A program made the position numbers and the translations under genes. DNA of 64,000 nucleotides from Malacoraja senta (taxonomy: Eukaryota): positions 2,418,001 to 2,482,000 of the forward strand of contig CM075991.1 in NCBI GenBank assembly GCA_038087875.1. The letters run 5' to 3'. The notes beneath the pieces are model-generated. The model was not told the origin of the DNA. It searched no databases and worked only from the letters and a program-made list of their open reading frames with translations. Shown here piece after piece: positions 29,301 to 38,300 of the stretch (positions are counted from its first letter, which is position 1; every line of letters begins with the position of its first letter).

Positions 29301-32300
29301 CTTCTCTACCTTTATAAGTGTTGTTATTTTCAGGGAGTCAAGGACCTGGATCCCATGCAACCTCTTAACAAAGTTTTGCCATCAACCATATTCCTTCCCT
29401 TTACTTTGGACCTCCCAAAGTGCAAAACCTCACATACAGTTTCCCGAGGAGGATCTACTATCGTCCAATACAATTGCTCCACTCTATTAAACCTCTTTTC
29501 TATCTGTAAATCTAGCACCATTTTTAGTGACCATCTCTGGAACTGATGCACTACAGCGCTGAGCTTTCCCTTTGTTCTACTTATTGCACTCGAGTTTGGC
29601 TTGATTGGATTTATGTATAGCATTATTGACAGATTCTTGATTAGTAAGGGTGTCAGGCGTTTTGGGGAGAAGGCAGGAGAATGGGTTTGAGAGAGAAAGA
29701 TAGATCAGCTATATTGAATGGCGGAGTAGACTTAATGGGCCGAATGGCCTAATGCTGCTCCCAGAACTTCAGATGTAATTTGAAAGTAGGCGAGACAAAG
29801 GCTTTCTCTCTTCCTGTGCAAACATTGCAATAACAAGCCCAAACCAACGTTAAAAAAAAAAATACCGATGAAAACTTCATCTAACATGTTAACAGATAGT
29901 AAATGTTTCACAATGCTATTTTAAAATATATTTTTAGGTGCTCCACAAGAAGAAAGTGCTTGTATTTTGCAAACCAAAAGATGGAAAGGAATACAAACAA
30001 ACCTTATGTAGGAATCTCTGCAGGAATAGTGGGTGGAACTGATCCACATTTGAGAGATGGGGACATACAGATACGTTCACAGTTTGTGTTTTCTTCAGGA
30101 ATGGAACTTAAGTTTATTTTGCTGATAAATACTACACACAAACTTCAGTCAATGTTATGGCCAGACAGATTTCTTCTAAAATGAAATGCAAGGGAAGCAC
30201 AACATGAATATCTGCAACTGTTGTCGATAGCTGCAATCTTAACTTACTCACCAGTCGAGCTCCTGGGAGTTCAGGAGCATGCACCAACACCACATCCTGT
30301 TCCACTGACGCATCGATCTGGAAAGCAGAATTTAGTCACATTAAACTCAAGAACCCATTATTTTTTTTAAAAAAGGTAACAGAAGCATTTGAACATTTCT
30401 GGGAACAGTTGGTCCATGAAGAGAAACAAAATTCATCTTGAAAAAAAAAAAAAGTACTTGAGTAACTCAGTGGCTGCATCTCTGGGAAATGTATAGGTGA
30501 CATTTTGGGTCAGGACTGGAATTCATGCCCTCCAGTGATGCTGCCTGACCCACTGAACGAACAAAGTTTGGTCTTTATATAAACAAAATCTATTATTATT
30601 ATTATTATTTAGTTAGTTTGAATAAATCTAGTGTTTAGTACAAATGAAAATTTCTTTTGGTTTTTCTTCTACAGTTCCCATTCTACCATAAAAACTGCAT
30701 AAGCAAATTTTTCATCACACGAAGTAGAAGGTCTGTTAAGGTCAGTAAATGGTATAAAACTTGATTTAAAAAATGAATTAAAACATATTCAGCAATTAGA
30801 CAGCAACACTCCTCCAGCACATTGCCTTGTTATAAATGCACAATTAAGACAGATATTAAGCATACTTACAGATTTGTACTGGTTAAGTAGACCCTTCCAA
30901 CTTTTCAAATCTCCAGAAAGCTTGTCAATGGTATTTGTAACTAAGACAACACCATCAAATGTCAGCCTGCCCACAGAAAAAATGTCTATGGTTATCTACA
31001 TTTAGCATGAATAATGACAAATTTAACGAGCTTGTTCAACCTTTAGTAAGCTGGACTTGTAGTTAAGAAGCTGGGCAAATATCAGGCAAGCACTTGTCAG
31101 TAATTCAAAGAAACATCAACAATTTAGAAATGAAAGCATGTACCACTTTAAAGTCCAAGCACAAAGTGTAGCAAATAATTTCTTAATAATAATAATACAA
31201 AAACATCCAAAAATTACACTTAAAAAAAATCTAAAATATATTGAAACCACAATTACAACCAACAGATAAACCTGTGCACAATATTTTTCTCGATACTTAA
31301 CAGCATACACTAGCATCTCATTTTAGCATGGTCTCCCCTCTTGGGAAACATTCAACACCTAAAATTCTGCTACATTTAAAGATAACCTAATCCCATTTAT
31401 ATTCAACCAGTTTACTCGATAAGCTCAAGCAACTAAACATTTACATTATAATTGAAAGAAAGCGGCAAGAGAATGTAGCAATGTCATTAAAATAATTGAT
31501 AATTTAGCATTAAAAAAGATTAGACCAATTTGAATAATTCTTAAGTACAATTAGGACAAAGATCATTAGAAATATTATACTCACAGGTTGGTTTGCAATT
31601 GAGTTGTGAAGATAATTTCTGGAACCCTGCAAGATAAATTAGTACATATTTGAAAATAAATACTTATTTCAAAGATTATACCTGTCCAAAGCTGACCAAA
31701 ATTCTCAAGTCTTCAAATTTCAATTTCCCCAATTCAGGTAAATGAGTACAAGGACGTTCTATTAAGAAGGAGATAAGGAGAAATTTCTTTAGTCAGAGGA
31801 TGATGAATGTGTGGAATTCTTTGCCACAGAAGCTTGTGGAGGCCAAGTCAGTGGATATTTTTATGGCAGAGATGGTAGATTCATGATTAGTACAGGTGTC
31901 AGAGGTTACGGGGAGAAGGCAGAAGAATGGGGTTAGGAGAGATAGATCATCCATGATTGAATGGCGGAATAGACTTGATGGGCCGAACGGCCTAATTCTA
32001 CTCCTATCACTTGTGGCCTTATGACATATCTATTTTGGGCAGCACAGTGGCATGGCGGCAGAGCGACTGCCTTCCAGCACCAGAGATCCGGGTTCGATCC
32101 TGACTACGGAAGCTTGTCTGTATGGAGTTTGTGACCTACATGGGTTTTCTCCGAGATCTTTGTTTTCAGCACACACATTAATTGGATTGGTATAAATGTA
32201 AAATTGTCCCTAGTTAGTGTGAAAACAGGTCCTTCGGCCCACCGAGTCCGCACCGACCAGCGATCCTTGCACATTAACACTATCCTACACACACTAGGGA

Positions 32301-35300
32301 CAATTTACACATACACCAAGCTAATTAACCTACAAACCTGTACGTCTTTGGAGTGTGGGAGGAAAACGAAGATCTCAGAAAACCCACGCAAGTCAGCGGG
32401 AGAATATAGAAACTCCGTACAGACAGCACCCGGGTCTCCAGCGCTGCAAGCATTGTAAGGCAGCAATTCTAACGCTGCACCACCATGGCCGCCCACACCA
32501 TGTAGGGTAGTGTTAATGTGCGGGGATCGCTGGTTGGTGTGGACTCGGTGGGCCAAAGGGCATGTTTTCACTCTGTATTTCTTAATTAAACTAAACTATA
32601 TCATAATGAAGCATAGAACAGCATAAAGCAGCAATACTATTGCTTTTACTTCATTTATCATTATGAAAGTTACGTGTTCATTTAAATCATGCTATTTCTC
32701 TAAATTAGGTTTGTTTTCACTCTCAACTGGTCTGTCTCCACAACAGCATTTTGAGATAGAGTGCCAAACTAGCCATAAGTGTACCCACACAGCATGTGCT
32801 ACAAATCAGCTGGCACAAGGAAGCAGCAGCAGAAGCCATATTGCATCTTGTGACTGCACCACGAAATCATGGCTGAGCTTTTACCACAGCACAATTTCTC
32901 TAAATAATCTCCATACCCTTTGTCCAAAAAATCAACAGAAGTCACGTTTTGAATATACCTTGCCTCTGCTTCCATTGCACTCTTGAGTAGACAATACCAA
33001 GGTTCGTTACCCTCTGTGTTAAGTGATTTCTTCTTCTGTCCTCAATAACTAATCCTTTGAAGCTAACTTTTGCCTAGCCCAGAGCCAACATTTGGCTCTG
33101 CACTGGATAATTTTGTACATGTCAACACGTTTGTTTGAAACTTAATAGAATTGCAGCTGATCGACTTCAATCAGCTTCCTACTGTAATCTTGTGTCCAAA
33201 ACAAATTGATCACCACCCTGAATATACTCCATAACTTCTGCCATCCACATCCTAGCAGTTTCTACTTCCCAAAAATTCCAAACAACTCACGGGATCCAAA
33301 AAACCCCAATCAATTCTAACTAGATGGCTCCTTATCCAAAACCTGATGATTTGGATACTTTTGTCAATCTTTAGTTTAACAAAATTCAATACAAACACTT
33401 GTTACAACTTAACAATTTCTAATACAGCGCTGTAGAGTTCTTAGTACTCGCCACACAAAGCCCGTAGCTTGGGGCAAGCCCGAAGAACTGACTAACAGTC
33501 CAGAAATGCAAAGATTATATAGTCATTAAGCATCCATGAGGTGAGCACGTGAGGTGCGCGAGCAGCCCCCCAACACAGATAATAGTCAGTACGTGCTCAA
33601 GCAAACAATTCCTTAGCATCTATAGCAGATAGCAGCAATACATGCGTCGTCAAACAGCTCCTTAGTACTGATAAGACACGGCAATACGTACTTTCAGCAA
33701 GCAGCTTCTTAGCACCGATTAGTCAGCATTTTCAGTGAAGCTTACAGCCCAACAATAAGAAAACTGAATAGTTAGTTATTTTTATTATTTGTAATCTTGT
33801 TTTATTCTTAATACCACAAACCCAGTTCTAAATTCTCCTGCCTGAGGAACAATCCTTTAGGATTGATTTTGTCATGACCATTGGGAAACTTGAATTAAAA
33901 AAAAAAATCCAAACCCCAGCAAATATACTGTAGGTACATCCTAATTAATGATCAAAGGTCCGATGTAGTCAAGATAAGACTCTTTTCCTTTAATCCCTTT
34001 AAGGGCAACATATCATCTCCTTTTTCAACTCCAGCATAATTTTGTTTCACATCACACATTTCTGTCAAAGTTTTTATCCTGTCTCTCATTATTTGAACAA
34101 AAAGTTTGTTATTTGCTTCCTAGAAATAAGTGACCAAATAGATCTTAAAACAAACAATTTCATGGTAACTTTTATTGATGCCATAATTAGATTTGATAGT
34201 TATCTGCCACAATTTTCCTCACTGGCTATAATTTTGTGAACATGACATTCATCTCACTGCTTGCTTTTCCTTTTAAGTTTTTCAGTTACAAAACAATTTG
34301 AACGAATAAAAGTAAACTACATATATAAGATATTAAATAACAATATGTATGAAGAACAAAGTGGCAGATAAATCAACGTCATCTGAAGATAGTATCGTTA
34401 AAAGTTACCATGAAATTGTTAGCTTGTCATTTTAACAACTAATTGGTCACTTCTTCTTTCGAATGAAACATAAACCAAAGGAATTTGGTCACTAATTTCT
34501 GTGAAGTAAATGGCGAACATATTATTCAAATAAGAGACTGAATAAAGACTTTGAAAGGAAAGTCTAAGTGTATGTGAAACATAGTTAATCTACAATTGGA
34601 AAAGCAAGTAGTATGACAAGGTACATTGTTTTTTACAGTGGTCATTTAAAACCTAAATACTGCATCCAAATGTTTGAAAATATATACACAGACAATTTAC
34701 AAGCTGGCAAGGGGGTACAATAAAATTAAGTCTGCAGACAAGACTGGAGATTTAATTGCACCATTCCTAAGAGGTCTACTAACAACCTTGGACCCAACCT
34801 TATAATTTAAGGCAATAGCATCTTAATCTCTGGTGTCAGCAAAACTCAACCTTAGATCATAGCTTCCCATCATTTGTAAATTGGCAATTAATTGGTATAA
34901 TCATCCAACACATCAATGAGCAGCACAGTGCAATTTGTGTTGTGGGAAATCGTGACAATTAATCAATTACGGGTTGCTGCTCAAGACAGTAGAAAGCCAG
35001 ACTTACAAGTGCGCAAGAGCTATTGCTAATTACTATCACACCCCTTCGTAATTTTGCATAGATCACTATTGATTTATTTTCACATCAGTAAGCATAATTT
35101 CAGCATATCTTGAATGTTAGGAAATGTTAGTGATCAGCATATTTTCAAAGAATAGCGCATGTCAAGGTCCAATGACACTTTATTGTGGTTATCAACACTC
35201 AGGATGGAAACTACCAAAGTCCGAGAAGCACAAGATTTATAACAGTACGAGTTTACACTCCTTCGGGGTATGGCATGAGGGGAGTTTGTGCAAACTCCAC

Positions 35301-38300
35301 ATACATACACACCGATTAAACCCTGGTCACTGGAGCTGCAAAGCAACTGCATCAACTGCTGTGTGACAGATCATTTGGGACAATAGATTTGGATTGGTTT
35401 GCCCAACCAGTCGTAGATGGTAAAATTGAATTGTATTGATATGTGAGAGATATGAATTTGTAGGATTCTGGAAAAAGGGGAAGGAACAATAGGACTACTC
35501 TAATAGCAGGCATTGTTAAAATAATTGCTTCTGTATATCATGACGATTTTATGCTTAACGGGGGTCAATAGACAATAGGTGCAGGAGTAGGCCATTTGGC
35601 CCTTCGAGCCAGCACCGCCATTTAATGTGATTATCGCTGATCATCCCCAATCAGTACCCCGTTCCCGCCTTCTCCCCATATCCCCCGACTCCGCTATTTT
35701 TAAGAGCCCTATCCAGCTCCCTCTTGAAAGCATCCAGAGAACCTGCCTCCACCACCCTCTGATGCAGAGAATTCCACAGACTCACCACTCTATGCAAGAA
35801 AAAGTGTTTCCTCGTCTCCGTTCTAAATGGCTTACTCCTTATTCTTAAACTGTGGCCCCTGGTTCTGGACTCCCCCAACATCGGGAACATGTTTCCTGCC
35901 TCTAGCGTGTCCAAGCCCTTAACAATCTTATATGTTTCAATGAGATTCCCTCTCAACCTTCTAAACTCCAGAGTGTACAAGCCCAGCTGCTCCATTCTCT
36001 CAGCATATGACAGTCCCGCCATCCCGGGAATTAACCTTGTAAACCTACGCTGCACTCCCTCAATAGCAATAGCAATATGTCATAAACATATTAACCACAA
36101 CTGCTTAGCCTTGTATTACTCTTATATTATTCTTGCCTTGTATTATTCTATTCATAACTATAAACTTTACTGCTTTGTAGGATGTGAAAATTTGATTTTC
36201 ACATCCAAAAGTATTAGTCAGTAATGATGCAAAAGAATCACATAAATATGCAATTTCATTTTTCCATTTATATTTACCATTATCAAACTACAAAATTGGT
36301 GCTACAAAGCAAGTTTGTATTTTTCTTGCAAATTAAATCCACGTAGAACACTCATTTAGTAAAGCACAGACAATAGACAATAGGTGCTGGAGTAGGCCAT
36401 TCGAGCAAGCACTACCATTCATTGTGCTCATGGCTGATCATCCCCAATCAGTACCCCGTTCCTGCCTTCTCCCCATATCCCTTGACTCCGCTATCTTTAA
36501 GAGCGCTATCTAACTATAGCCGTCAATTATGAACAGAGTTTCAATTCCACAAGCCTTAGATCTCAATTTTCCGAGTTAGGATCATTGACTGGTCCATTTT
36601 GTTACCCTCACACCCACACCCAGGTTTTGTGAGAATATGAACCAGACACAGGCAAGTGGGATTAGCTCAGTGAAGCAATTTAGTCAGCGTGAGTTGAACT
36701 GAAGGGCCTGGTTCGGCGTTAATAGCTTTAGTTTATTTTAGAGATACAGCATGGAAACAGACCCTACAGCCCACGCCGACCATCAATCACCCATTCGCAC
36801 TAGTGCTATGTTATCTTGCTTTCTCATCCACTTCCTAGTCACTAGGACCAATTTACTACAAAGCCACACATCTTTGGGAAGAGGGAGGAAACCGGTACTG
36901 CTACAGGAAACCTACATGGTCACAAGGAGAATAAACAAATAAAATTTAGATCAATCTTTCAACAGAAAGGGTGTGCATCGGGGGGGGGGATTTGAATAGT
37001 TTTATTTCCACCCGAAGGGTGGTTGAAACCTGGATATCACAGCATGAGGTAGTGGAGAAGGCTGGGACCATCAAGCACTTGAAACTTTATGGCGTGGAAT
37101 GCTGCAGACCAATAACTGAAAAGTAGAATATAAGTACTTGAGCAAAATGCAAACTGCTGGACCAACTCAGCAGGTCAGGCAACATTAGTGGAAGGCTTGG
37201 ATACTGTGGATATGGAGAGGATGTTTCCCCTGTGTGAAGAGTTTTGGACCAGAGGTCATCGCCTCAGAAAAAAAGGATGTTCCTTTAGGAAGGAGATGGA
37301 GGAATTCCTTTAAATTGGAGGGTGATGAATCTGTGGAATTCATTGCCACAGAAGGGTGAAGGCAGAGATAGATAGATTCTTGATTATGGGTGTCATGTGG
37401 AGACAGCAGGAGAAGGGGATTGAGAGGGAGAGATAGATCAACCATGATTGAATGGTTGGAGTAGACTTAACGGGGTGAATGAGCAGACAACAATTCGAGT
37501 TGGGACCCTTCTTCAAGATTGGAGGAGTGTTATCTGGCACAACAAGGAATGATAGATGGATTCTGTGAGGAGGGATTGATTGGCAATAAGGATCCCAACT
37601 CAAAACATCATCCCTCCACAGATGATGCCCGACTCTCACGACTGAATTAATGGCAATTCAATGGGCTCTATGGTGGATTGAGGAACCCAGTTTTAGAGAA
37701 GTCATTATCTGTTCTGATTCTGCAGCTGCTCTTGAAACTTTAGGAGTAGGGAAATCTAAAGCTCGTCCTGACATTCTAAATGAAATCTTGAGTGTGTTTT
37801 CTAGAATTGGGTTTGCATGTAACATCACTTTTTGCTGGGTTCCCAGGCATGCTGGGGTGAGGGGGAATGAGCAGGTGGACCTCATAGCAAAGGAGAGTTT
37901 AAGAAGAGAAATAGATATCCATGTATCATTGGGGAGAGTGGAACTGAGAGAAATAATTAAAGAGGGCTTAACAAAAGAATGGCAGAGAGGATGGGAAATG
38001 GAAGTCAGGGGTAGACACTACTTTTCTATACAATCTGAAGTTAGGAAAATATGTTTCTGTGCATCTCTGTCCCGTAGGGACTCAGTTAAACTGTGTAGAT
38101 TGAGGTTGGGACACTGTGGGTTAAATTACTATTTGTGCATTGTAGGGAAACATGTTTCTGGCTTGTGTGAATGTGGGAGTAATGAGACAGTTAAGCATGT
38201 TTTCCTAGAATGTAAAAAGTATAGGGTAGAAATAAAAGTATTGTTTGTTAGACTGACAGGACTTGGAGTTGAGGCTTTTTCTGTTTTATCTTTGTTTGGA

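Noticed and set aside
32038..32110. tRNA gene
   Set aside because: The A/B-box head continues into a SINE body found many times in the window; no complete cloverleaf
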